A stretch of 61,359 nucleotides of DNA from an uncultured Bacteroidota bacterium (GCA_903872185.1 CAIQJL010000375.1:1-61359), one strand, 5' to 3'. Numbered from the stretch's first letter, positions 51,799 to 61,061 are shown. Made by a program: numbers and translations. Notes: generated by a model not told the origin, from the letters alone.

Positions 51799-53952
51799 AT
51801 GGAAAATAAAAAAATAAAACTTCGTAAAAAAGCAGAAGAAAAACATGAACAGGAATCTAGCATTCCTGATAAAAGCATTGTAGACGCTAATGCACTTAAG
51901 TTTTACCATGAACTTGAGGTGCATAAAATTGAACTTGAACTACAAAATGTAGAGCTAAAACTTGCAAAAGAAAATGCTGATATACTTGCAGAAAAATATT
52001 CAGAATTATATGATTTTGCACCTTCTGGTTATGTTACACTTTCTAGCGAAAGAATAATTATTGAACTTAATCTTTTAGCATCAACTTATCTAGGAAAAAA
52101 TAGGGGAGAATTATTAAATAAAAGTTTTTTACTCTTATTAAATGAAGAATCAAAATATATTTTTGATGTATTTATAAAAAAAATATTAACGTCAAATAAA
52201 AATGAATCTTGTGAAGTAATAATTACTCAGAATCGAAATTCGCCTTTACACATTCTTTTATCTGGTATTGTGAAACAAAATGAGAATAATTACTATATAT
52301 CTTTAACAGATATAACATATCGAAAACAGATAGAAAACGTTCAATTATTTTTGCTGCAGAATAAAAGATATGATGATTATAGTAATTTTTTTGAATCTAT
52401 AACAAAGTATCTCTCGCAAACATTAGGTATGGAATACGTTTGTATAGAAAAATTGGAAGATGATGGATATACAACACAAACATTAGCTGTTTGCGATGGT
52501 AAAAATAACTTTTCACATGTATCATTAAATTTAAAAGAAACTCCTTTTGATTTTTTTATTGGAAAAACAAGTTGTTATTTTCAAGATAGTGTAAGCGAAA
52601 TATTTCCTAAAAATACATTATTTAAATATTTAAAGGCAAAAAGTTTTATTGGTGTAACAATATATAGTTTTATTAATAAGCCTATCGGATTTATTGCAGT
52701 TATTGGGAAAAAACCTATAGATAACCCTGCTTTAGTTGAAACAATATTGAAATTAGTTAGCATGCGTGTTGCAAGAGAGCTGGAAATAATTCATACTCAT
52801 AACATTTTAATAAAAGCAAAAGAAAAAGCTGAAGAAAGTGACCGTTTAAAATCGGCATTTCTGGCAAATATGAGCCACGAAATTAGAACTCCTATCAGTG
52901 GAATTTTAGGGTTTGCATACTTTCTTAAAAATCAAGAACTTTCTTTTGAAACGCAAAAAGAATATATTTCTATAATAGAAAAAAGCGGACTGCGTATGCT
53001 GAATATTATTAATGATATTATAGTTATATCAAAAATTGATGTTGGTATTTATGACATTGATATTACTGCTACTAATATAAACGAGCAAATTGAATTTATT
53101 TATTCTTTTTTTAAGCCTGAAGCAGAATTAAAAGGATTAAAATTTAAATTAAATAACAATATAACAAAAGAAGGAATTGTTTTAAATACAGACAAAGAAA
53201 AGATATACTCAATTCTTACTAACATTATTAAAAATGCTATTAAATTTACCAATAAAGGAGTTATTGAATTTGGTTACAACATAAAAGATGATTTTCTAGA
53301 GTTTTATATAAAAGATACAGGAATTGGCATTAACATTGTTCAGCAAAAAATTATTTTTGAAAGGTTCAGACAAGGTAGCGAGTCATATTCAAGAGAATAC
53401 GAAGGGTCGGGTTTAGGATTATCTATATCAAAAGCTTATGTTGAATTATTAGGTGGTAAAATATGGGTAGAAAGTGAACGAGGCATAGGATCTACCTTTT
53501 ATTTTACTTTGCCTTATGATAAAGTTTCTGCAAATAATCTTAGCATAATAAATGACACAGAAAATTTTGAAGAAAATAAAGTTTTAAGAAGTTTAAAAAT
53601 ACTCATAGTTGAAGATGATAACATAATAGAAAAAATAATAACATTAAAAGTAGAAAAATACAGTAAAGAAATTTTAAGAGCAAATAATGGACTTGATGCG
53701 CTTAGAATTTGCAAAAATAATTTAGATATAGATTTAATTTTAATGGATATTAAATTACCTATTATGGACGGATACGACTCTATACGTCAAATACGAAAAT
53801 TTAATGCAGGTGTAATTATTTTTGCGCAAACAGCCTATACTTTTGATAACGACAGACAAAAAGCATTCGATGCCGGATGTAACGAATTTATTACAAAGCC
53901 TTATGAAAGAGATATAATAGAAAAATTAATTGAAGAATATTTTAAAAAATAA
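51799..53952 (+). CDS. Cytoplasmic hybrid histidine kinase (PAS-GAF-HisKA-HATPase-REC)
   Basis: ELEVHKIELELQN..L, YDFAP.GY, FLANMSHEIRTP, NAIKFT, DTGIG, GSGLGL, LMDIKLP, KP. Confidence 0.92.
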   Translation: MENKKIKLRKKAEEKHEQESSIPDKSIVDANALKFYHELEVHKIELELQNVELKLAKENADILAEKYSELYDFAPSGYVTLSSERIIIELNLLASTYLGKNRGELLNKSFLLLLNEESKYIFDVFIKKILTSNKNESCEVIITQNRNSPLHILLSGIVKQNENNYYISLTDITYRKQIENVQLFLLQNKRYDDYSNFFESITKYLSQTLGMEYVCIEKLEDDGYTTQTLAVCDGKNNFSHVSLNLKETPFDFFIGKTSCYFQDSVSEIFPKNTLFKYLKAKSFIGVTIYSFINKPIGFIAVIGKKPIDNPALVETILKLVSMRVARELEIIHTHNILIKAKEKAEESDRLKSAFLANMSHEIRTPISGILGFAYFLKNQELSFETQKEYISIIEKSGLRMLNIINDIIVISKIDVGIYDIDITATNINEQIEFIYSFFKPEAELKGLKFKLNNNITKEGIVLNTDKEKIYSILTNIIKNAIKFTNKGVIEFGYNIKDDFLEFYIKDTGIGINIVQQKIIFERFRQGSESYSREYEGSGLGLSISKAYVELLGGKIWVESERGIGSTFYFTLPYDKVSANNLSIINDTENFEENKVLRSLKILIVEDDNIIEKIITLKVEKYSKEILRANNGLDALRICKNNLDIDLILMDIKLPIMDGYDSIRQIRKFNAGVIIFAQTAYTFDNDRQKAFDAGCNEFITKPYERDIIEKLIEEYFKK

Positions 53953-53964
53953 ATTATCTTTTAT

Positions 53965-54328
53965 TGTCATGGCGTACGCCTCGGCGAATTGATCCGCCAT
54001 CTTTTTATAGGATAAGTTGCATTGAGCTTTATGTTATGTAATTATACAAAAACTTCCTGTAGTTCTCGATTAAACTCGAACAAGCATTGTAGGTATCTCG
54101 ATTCAAATTCTATATGCTACTTCGTCCGCCGTGGCAAATGCGAAGCGTATCAAGAAGTAAATAAGTTAAAATTTGAAATAAAAAAGACGTACAAATTGTA
54201 CGGCTTTTTTATTAGTAAAATTCTTTCACTCACCACTCCATTCGACATGGTGAGCGTCCGCCACGGCGGATCGAACCATGGACCCTTCGATGGAGTTTAT
54301 CCTGACGAAGGAAGGGCTCAGGGTAAAT
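53965..54328. repeat. Dense cluster of nested palindromic repeats
   Basis: GC-rich hairpins at 53965-54002, 54062-54081, 54112-54150 and 54235-54328; three copies of a TCCGCCnnGGCGGA unit. Confidence 0.72.
54181..54210. terminator. Probable bidirectional terminator
   Basis: AAAAAGACGTACAA/TTGTACGGCTTTTTT between the convergent kinase and ygeW genes. Confidence 0.6.
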
Positions 54329-54340
54329 ACGGATGCTTTG

Positions 54341-55531
54341 TTATAATATTATTCTTTCTCTTTTTTGATTATATAACTTTTCTAAAATAGCACCAGCATT
54401 TTTAAATTTGTTATTTAGAATCATTGAAGCAATAATATAAGGTTTAAAACCAGCCTCTTTATAAGTTTCAATACGGTATCTTTCAAAAACGGTGTCGGCT
54501 ACTTCGCCCTCTTTGCATGAAACATTAGAGATATCAGCAGGTAAACAATGCATATATAAAGCTTTACCATCTTTGGTAAGTTTCATTTTTTCTTCGGTGC
54601 ATTCCCAATTTTTAAATTTCGCATTATTAGCAAGACATTCCTGCTCAAGCGATTTTAATCCTGCACTATCGTTATTCTGTAAAAGTACAGTTCTGCGTTC
54701 CATAACTTTATATGGTGCCCAGCTCTTTGGATAAACAATATCAGCATTTTTAAATGCATCATCCATTGAGTTTACAACATTAAATTTACCACCTGAATGT
54801 GCCGCATTTTTCTTAGCAATTTCAACAACTTCAGGTATTAGTTCGTAGCCTTCAGGATAAGCTAAATCAACTTCCATTCCCATACGGGTCATTAAACCAA
54901 TAATGCCCTGAGGTACTGATAAAGGTTTGCCATAACTAGGAGAATAAGCCCAGGTCATTGCAATTTTTTTGCCTTTTAAATTCTCAAGTGAACCGAAATA
55001 ATTTTTAAGGTGTAACAAATCAGCCATTGATTGTGTTGGGTGATCAATATCACATTGTAAATTCACAATACCAGGGCGCGAAGGAAGTACACCATTTTTA
55101 AATCCATCATCTAGAGCTTCGCCAACTTCAACCATGTAAGTGTGACCAGCGCCTAAATACATATCATCTCGAATTCCAATAACATCAGTCAAAAATGAAA
55201 TCATATTTGCAGTTTCGCGAACAGTTTCACCATGTGCAATTTGTGATTTACCTTCATCCAAATCCTGAACTTCTAACCCTAAAAGATTACAAGCTGACGC
55301 AAACGAAAACCTAGTTCTTGTTGAGTTATCACGGAAATTAGAAATTGCCAAACCCGAATCAAAACATTTTGCAGAAATATTATTATCACGAAGATGTTTT
55401 AATGCTTCAGCAACTAATAAAGTCTGCTTTAATTCTGCTTCTGTTTTGTCCCATGTTAAAAGAAAATCTTTTTCAAAAAGTCCGGTGTTAAGATTTTTAA
55501 TCTCTGAAATTAATTTGTTGAATTCTGACAT
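54341..55531 (-). CDS. ygeW: Knotted carbamoyltransferase YgeW
   Basis: FRDNSTRTRFSF, HGETVRETANMISF, DHPTQ, WAYSPSYGKPLSVPQG, YPKSW, MHCLPAD. Confidence 0.96.
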   Translation of the reverse strand: MSEFNKLISEIKNLNTGLFEKDFLLTWDKTEAELKQTLLVAEALKHLRDNNISAKCFDSGLAISNFRDNSTRTRFSFASACNLLGLEVQDLDEGKSQIAHGETVRETANMISFLTDVIGIRDDMYLGAGHTYMVEVGEALDDGFKNGVLPSRPGIVNLQCDIDHPTQSMADLLHLKNYFGSLENLKGKKIAMTWAYSPSYGKPLSVPQGIIGLMTRMGMEVDLAYPEGYELIPEVVEIAKKNAAHSGGKFNVVNSMDDAFKNADIVYPKSWAPYKVMERRTVLLQNNDSAGLKSLEQECLANNAKFKNWECTEEKMKLTKDGKALYMHCLPADISNVSCKEGEVADTVFERYRIETYKEAGFKPYIIASMILNNKFKNAGAILEKLYNQKRERIIL

Positions 55532-55576
55532 AATATTTTGGTTTAATTATACTTCTAATTTCAATCTTTCATGTTG

Positions 55577-55584
55577 CAAAAATA
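55577..55584 (-). promoter_or_regulatory. -7 element (TATTTTTG) upstream of ygeW
   Basis: TAnnTTTG match about 45 nt upstream of the ATG. Confidence 0.4.
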
Positions 55585-55603
55585 AGATTTTTTATTATTT
55601 TTT

Positions 55604-55765
55604 TGTCATGTTGAGTGTAACGAAACATCTAACTCTAGAATTATAGATTCTGCACTACGTTCAGAATGACAAAACAGTATTGTCATCCAGAATGAAGTGT
55701 AACGGAATGAAGGATCTAGATACGTATCATTCGTGTCTAGATTCTTCACTACGTTCAGAATGACA
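55604..55765. repeat. Two tandem REP-like dimers (55604-55671, 55681-55765)
   Basis: Each runs TGTCAT...ATCT-spacer-AGATTCT(G/T)CACTACGTTCAGAATGACA. Confidence 0.82.
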
Positions 55766-55773
55766 TTTAGAGT

Positions 55774-56961
55774 TTAAATCATATACGCATAAGCTGCATA
55801 GAATGCTGAAGCAGCAACAAGATCGCTAACTGGAACCTTTTCATTTGGAGCATGAGCAAGAACTTCATTACCTGGCCCAAAACCAATTGTTGGAATTTTA
55901 TACATTCCATTTGTTGCTATTCCATTAGTAGAAAATGTCCATTTATCAATAAAAGGCTTTTTGTTAAATAAACCTTCAAAAGCCTGAACTCCCGCCTGAA
56001 CAACATGCTCACCTTCTTCAATTTTCCATGTAGGATAATATTTTTCCATTCCGTATTTTAAACCGGTATACGCAAGTTCCTCGTAATACAAAATCTCGAC
56101 TGTTGCATCCATACCTTTTACTATTGCTTCAATTTCAGAAACAGCAGATTCTTTAGTCTCTCCCCATGTTAAACGTCTGTCCAAATGAAACTGAGCATAA
56201 TCAGCAACAGCGCATAACGAAGGACTTCCAGATTTTATTTCGGATATTGTTACAGAACCTTTTCCTAAAAATGGATCGGTTCCTAATCTTTCATTTAATT
56301 TTTCAATTTCAAGTGCAGCACGGGCAGCCATATATATTGCATTTTTTCCTCTTTCTGGTGCACTACCATGACATGAAACACCACGGAATTTTACAACAAT
56401 TTCCATTCTTCCTCTGTGCCCACGATAAATATTGAGGTTAGTTGGTTCTGTACTTATTACAAAATCTGGACGTAATTTTTCTTCCTCTACAATATATTTC
56501 CAGCAAAGGCCATCGCAATCTTCTTCCATAACACTACCCACAACATAAACTGTAAGGTCTTTATCAAAACCAAGTTCTTTTAATATTTTTCCAGATGTTA
56601 CAGCAGCAGCTGGTCCACCTTCCTGATCAACGGTTCCACGACCATGCACAAAACCATCTTTTATTTCCCCTGAAAAAGGATCGAAACTCCAGTTATCAAT
56701 ATTCCCAACATCAACAGTGTCCATGTGTCCGTCAATAGCAAGTATACGTTTTCCATTTCCAATTCTCCCAATTACATTTCCAAGACCATCAATTCGCACC
56801 TCGTCAAAGCCAGCTTCTTCCATCTGTCGTTTAAGTTCCAACTGAACATCTTTCTCGTTCATACTGGTTGATTTTATCTTTATCAGCTTTGATAAATTAT
56901 TGGCAGTATAGTCTTTATACTTTTCTGCAAGTGCATTTATTTTACTAAAAATTTCGTTCAT
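55774..56961 (-). CDS. ygeY: YgeY family M20 metallo-amidohydrolase
   Basis: DGHMDTV, GRGTVDQEG, MEEDCDG, STEPT, RGHRGRME, SCHGSAPERG, WTFSTNG, AHAPNE. Confidence 0.94.
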   Translation of the reverse strand: MNEIFSKINALAEKYKDYTANNLSKLIKIKSTSMNEKDVQLELKRQMEEAGFDEVRIDGLGNVIGRIGNGKRILAIDGHMDTVDVGNIDNWSFDPFSGEIKDGFVHGRGTVDQEGGPAAAVTSGKILKELGFDKDLTVYVVGSVMEEDCDGLCWKYIVEEEKLRPDFVISTEPTNLNIYRGHRGRMEIVVKFRGVSCHGSAPERGKNAIYMAARAALEIEKLNERLGTDPFLGKGSVTISEIKSGSPSLCAVADYAQFHLDRRLTWGETKESAVSEIEAIVKGMDATVEILYYEELAYTGLKYGMEKYYPTWKIEEGEHVVQAGVQAFEGLFNKKPFIDKWTFSTNGIATNGMYKIPTIGFGPGNEVLAHAPNEKVPVSDLVAASAFYAAYAYMI

Positions 56962-56983
56962 TTCTTTTTATTTAAATGGGTCG

Positions 56984-56991
56984 CAAATTTA
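56984..56991 (-). promoter_or_regulatory. -7 element (TAAATTTG) of ygeY
   Basis: TAnnTTTG match 22 nt upstream of the ATG. Confidence 0.55.
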
Positions 56992-57071
56992 TGATATTGT
57001 TTTAAAATAAAGTCAAAATTAATGTAATATTGATATATACTTAAATAAGAACTGCAAATAACTAATAATAT

Positions 57072-57141
57072 GGTCATGTTGAGGCTCTCGAAACATGTGT
57101 GAAGAGAAGTGGGCAAATCCTTCGAGTACCTCAGGATGACT
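57072..57141. repeat. REP-like dimer (un-nested reference copy)
   Basis: GGTCATGTTGAGGCTCTCGAAACATG...TCCTTCGAGTACCTCAGGATGACT. Confidence 0.8.
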
Positions 57142-57166
57142 GGGTATTGAGAGTAAGTACATATTT

Positions 57167-59494
57167 TTAATTTCTCAATTTGTTTCTTATTTTTTCAGAC
57201 GAAAGCAATATTACCTCATATGTTGCAGGCAAAGTAAAATCAGGCTCAATAGCATGATTTCCAACTGCTGAAATAGCATCTTTTATAGCCAACCATACAG
57301 AAAATGCAAGCATAAACGGTGGTTCACCAACTGCTTTACTTTTTAAAATTGTTCCTGAATTTGGTGCATTTTTTAATAATTCAACTCTGAAATCTTTTGG
57401 TATATCATTTACAGTTGGAATTTTATAAGTATCGGGAGAATGAGTTGTAAGATTTCCATTTTTATCCCATTTCAACTCTTCATTTGTAACCCAACCTACA
57501 CCTTGAATAAATGCCCCTTCAACTTGTCCGATGTCTATTCCCTCATTTATTGAATTACCAACATCATTAAGAATGTCAGTTCGTAACAATTTATATTGTC
57601 CAGTTAAAGAATCTATTTCAACTTCAGAAACTGACATTCCATATGAAAAATAATAGAACGGATTCCCTTGCCCTTTTTCTCTGTCAAAATAAATTCCAGG
57701 TGTTTTGTAATAACCTGTAGAACTTAAGCTGACTTGTTTGATATATGCAGTTTTAATTATTTCGTTAAAAGAGATTTTATTTTGTGGAAATAATTTATCG
57801 AAAATAAAATTATTCTCAAAAATTACATTTTCTTTAAGTATTTTGTTATGAGTAAATTTTCTTTCAAATTCAGAAACGACAACTTCTAGAAGTCTAGATT
57901 TAATAATATCTATGGCATTCTTTACAGCCATCCCGTTTATATCACTTCCCGAAGAAGCTGCAGTTGGTGAAGTATTAGGAACCTTTGAGGTATTTGTTGC
58001 ATTTACTTTTATTCTATCTGGCGAAATACCTAATTCAACAGAAGCTACCTGCAACATTTTAGTATGAAGCCCCTGCCCCATTTCTGTTCCACCATGATTA
58101 ACCAAAACTGTTCCGTCTGTATAAATATTAACCAATGCACCGGCCTGATTTAAAAATGAAGTAGTAAACGAAATACCAAACTTAACAGGAGTAATGGCCA
58201 AACCTTTTTTTACAAATTCGTTCTCGTTGTTATATTTATCAATTTCATTTCTTCGTTTAGAATATTCCGAAGATTTTATAAGTTGGTCATACAATACAAA
58301 TAATCTGTTATTATCTATCTTCTGACCATAAGGAGTAAAATTATTTTTATAAATGTTATAAAAATTCAAAAGTCTGATTTCTGCACTATCTTTTTTCAAG
58401 TAACGTGCAATCATATCAATACAATTTTCAATAACTGCCATTCCCTGTGGTCCACCAAAACCACGATATGCTGTGTTTGATGGAAGATTAGTTTTCCATG
58501 CTCTGCCAATAATCTGAACATCTGGAATAAAATATGAACTGTCTGCATGCAACATTGCCCTTTCAAGTATTGCCATTGAAAGATCTGTTGCAGCGCCAGC
58601 ATCAGTATTTATTTCAACTTTATATGCAAGAATTTTGCCTGAATCATCAAAACCTATTTCGTATTTTGAAAGACAACGATGACGTTTACCTGTCATAATT
58701 TGGTCATCATCTCTGAATAAATGAATTTTCACAGGTCGTTTTGTTGCATTGGCAAGTAATGCAGCCCATGCAGCAACATGATTTCCCTGAGTTTCTTTTC
58801 CACCAAAGCCACCACCCATGCGCTTAACTTCAACCTCAACTTCATTTTTAGAAATGCCTAAAACTTCGGCAACAATAGCCTGTGTTTCGGTAGGGTTCTG
58901 GCTTGAAGCATGAACCATCATTTCTTTTCCCTCACCCGGAACAGCAAGTGCAGTTTGAGTCTCGAGATACCAATGTTCTTGTCCATTTGTTTTTAATTCC
59001 CCTTTAAATGTATGCTGTGAATTTTTTAAAACGACATCAACATTTCCCCTTTCAATCTTTCTTTGAGGAGCTAAAATATTATTTTTTGCAATTGAAGTTT
59101 CAATATCTAAAATTGCATCAAGAGTTTCGTATTCAACTTCGATTAGCTTTTCTGCTTCAATTAATGCTTCTTTATTTTCTGCTGCGATTAAAGCAATTGC
59201 TTGTCCAATAAAATTCACAACTTTCTCAGCAAGACATGGTTCATCATGAACTACAGGTCCCATCTGATTTTCACCAGGAATATCTTTTGCAATTATAACA
59301 GCGTGTACACCTTTTACCTTTAATGCTTTCTTTATATTAATTTTCTTAATTTTTGCGCGGGCATACTTGCTAAATACAACTTTACCTAACAAAAGTTGAC
59401 TACTCATCAGCATATCGTTAATGTATACCGATTCACCGGTTACATGCTTTATTGCGCTATCGTGATGTATCTGATCTGACATCTCTAATTTCAT
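57167..59494 (-). CDS. xdhB: Xanthine dehydrogenase molybdopterin-binding subunit (start at ATG 59494 or 59482)
   Basis: HDSAIKHVTG, GQEHWYLE, RMGGGFGGKETQ, TAYRGFGGPQG, FGISFT..LNQAGAL, GGTEMGQG, SPTAASSGSD, KAVGEPP. Confidence 0.95.
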   Translation of the reverse strand: MKLEMSDQIHHDSAIKHVTGESVYINDMLMSSQLLLGKVVFSKYARAKIKKINIKKALKVKGVHAVIIAKDIPGENQMGPVVHDEPCLAEKVVNFIGQAIALIAAENKEALIEAEKLIEVEYETLDAILDIETSIAKNNILAPQRKIERGNVDVVLKNSQHTFKGELKTNGQEHWYLETQTALAVPGEGKEMMVHASSQNPTETQAIVAEVLGISKNEVEVEVKRMGGGFGGKETQGNHVAAWAALLANATKRPVKIHLFRDDDQIMTGKRHRCLSKYEIGFDDSGKILAYKVEINTDAGAATDLSMAILERAMLHADSSYFIPDVQIIGRAWKTNLPSNTAYRGFGGPQGMAVIENCIDMIARYLKKDSAEIRLLNFYNIYKNNFTPYGQKIDNNRLFVLYDQLIKSSEYSKRRNEIDKYNNENEFVKKGLAITPVKFGISFTTSFLNQAGALVNIYTDGTVLVNHGGTEMGQGLHTKMLQVASVELGISPDRIKVNATNTSKVPNTSPTAASSGSDINGMAVKNAIDIIKSRLLEVVVSEFERKFTHNKILKENVIFENNFIFDKLFPQNKISFNEIIKTAYIKQVSLSSTGYYKTPGIYFDREKGQGNPFYYFSYGMSVSEVEIDSLTGQYKLLRTDILNDVGNSINEGIDIGQVEGAFIQGVGWVTNEELKWDKNGNLTTHSPDTYKIPTVNDIPKDFRVELLKNAPNSGTILKSKAVGEPPFMLAFSVWLAIKDAISAVGNHAIEPDFTLPATYEVILLSSEKIRNKLRN

Positions 59495-59501
59495 TAAATT
59501 C

Positions 59502-60953
59502 TTAATTCTGTTTTGTTTCAAGATAAAACTTGAGCAATAGATTTTTTGCTGCTGTGCTTCTGAACTCAGCTTCTGAACGTGCATCCGATAATGGAGTAAA
59601 TTCTTTTTCCAAAGTTTTCATGGCTGTTTCAACATTTTCGCGATTCCATTTCTTGCCAGTCAGCAATTTTTCAGTTTCTTTAGCACGCTTTGTTACGGCA
59701 GCCATTCCACCAAATGCGAGTATTATTTCATCAACATTTTCCCCATTCAATTTCAACTTAAATGCTCCACTAACAGTGGAAATATCCATATCTTTTCTTT
59801 TCGAAATCTTATATGAATTAACTAAATAGGTTTTTTCTGATTTCGGAATTATAACTTCTGTTATTAATTCGTCATTTATTAAATCAGTTTGACGATAACC
59901 TTTAATAAAATCTTCAATTTCAACAATTCTTTCCGAATTTTCTGATTGCAACTTAATTTTAGCACAATGTGCAAATAAAACCGGAAGTGTATCGCCAATT
60001 GGAGATGCAGAGCCAACATTACCACCAATAGTTGCAACATTCCGAATTTGTAAAGAACCAAAAACGTTTAATATTTTATTCAATGCTGGAAATTTTTCTA
60101 TTGAATAATTTCTTACCTGTTCTATTGTTATTCCGGCACCAAAAACAATATTATTATTTTCTTCTTTAATGCATTTTAATTCAGGCACACTTGACAAATC
60201 AAGTATTTCAGTAAACAATTCATTTTTCTTTGTCTGGCGCAAAGCAATATCAGTAGAACCATTTATAATTATAGCATTTGGATTTTCTTTTCTTAATCTT
60301 AATGCTTCTGATAATGTAAATGGTTTAAAATACTGCTGCAATTTGTTTTTTAAAATTAATGTATCAGTATTTGAATTTATCTTTTTCAATAAATCAATTA
60401 CCTCTATCTCATTTTTAGAAAAATGATCATCACCATTAGTTACACATGCCTTTTGTGCTGCTTCAATAATAGGCTTATATCCTGTGCAACGGCATAAATT
60501 TCCGGTTAATGCATCTTCTATAACTTCTCTAGTTGGATTTTGATGGTTCTTATAAATCCCAAATAATGACATTACAATACCTGGAGTACAATATCCACAT
60601 TGGCTGCCATTAGTCTCAACCATTAATTGCTGAACAGCATGAAGTGATTTTTCGTTATTTTCAATTACTGCTATATTTTCAACAGTAATTAATTGCTTTC
60701 CATGAATCATAGGCAAAAAAACAAGGCAGGAATCAAGAGTTTTATAAACCAATCTTTCATTTTCACCGATTTCTGCAATTACAATCGTACATGCGCCACA
60801 ATCGCCCTCTGCACAACCTTCTTTTACACCTTTGTGTTCAGGAAATGAACGCAAATAATTTAAAACAGTTGTAGTTGGTTTTAGTTCATGGTATTTTGAA
60901 AAATCAACTTCTCTGATCTTACCATCTAAAACAAAACGAACAGTATTTTTCAT
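59502..60953 (-). CDS. xdhA: Xanthine dehydrogenase small subunit (2x[2Fe-2S] + FAD)
   Basis: KEGCAEGDCGAC, SQCGYCTPG, GNLCRCTGY, GSTD, QIRNVATIGGN..ASPIGD, YKISKR..DIS. Confidence 0.95.
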   Translation of the reverse strand: MKNTVRFVLDGKIREVDFSKYHELKPTTTVLNYLRSFPEHKGVKEGCAEGDCGACTIVIAEIGENERLVYKTLDSCLVFLPMIHGKQLITVENIAVIENNEKSLHAVQQLMVETNGSQCGYCTPGIVMSLFGIYKNHQNPTREVIEDALTGNLCRCTGYKPIIEAAQKACVTNGDDHFSKNEIEVIDLLKKINSNTDTLILKNKLQQYFKPFTLSEALRLRKENPNAIIINGSTDIALRQTKKNELFTEILDLSSVPELKCIKEENNNIVFGAGITIEQVRNYSIEKFPALNKILNVFGSLQIRNVATIGGNVGSASPIGDTLPVLFAHCAKIKLQSENSERIVEIEDFIKGYRQTDLINDELITEVIIPKSEKTYLVNSYKISKRKDMDISTVSGAFKLKLNGENVDEIILAFGGMAAVTKRAKETEKLLTGKKWNRENVETAMKTLEKEFTPLSDARSEAEFRSTAAKNLLLKFYLETKQN

Positions 60954-60980
60954 AAATAATTTAAATAGTTAGCCCCCTTT

Positions 60981-61061
60981 TGCCATACTGAACTCCGCTG
61001 CATTGGAGTGAAGTCTCTATAGTGTTAAATGACCAGATTCTTCGCTGCACTCTGAATGACA
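60981..61061. repeat. REP-like dimer in the xdhA leader
   Basis: TGCCATACTGAA-CTCCGCTGCATTGGAG-TGAAGTCTCT...AGATTCTTCGCTGCACTCTGAATGACA. Confidence 0.72.

Noticed and set aside
54022-54390. 122-aa + strand ORF
   Set aside because: TTG start, runs through palindromic repeats and a terminator, and overlaps the ygeW 3' end; likely spurious
55604-55765. Possible CRISPR array
   Set aside because: Only two composite units made of inverted halves, no regular repeat-spacer period and no cas genes; fits REP dimers
59495-59584. N-terminal extension of XdhB overlapping xdhA
   Set aside because: Homology begins near HDSAIKHVTG; the ATG at 59494 follows the xdhA stop by 7 nt
1378-60426. Many 60-107-aa ORFs antisense or out of frame within larger genes (e.g. 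15386-15691, 48083-48406, 59530-59829)
   Set aside because: They are shadows of well-supported genes, with no motifs or independent signals
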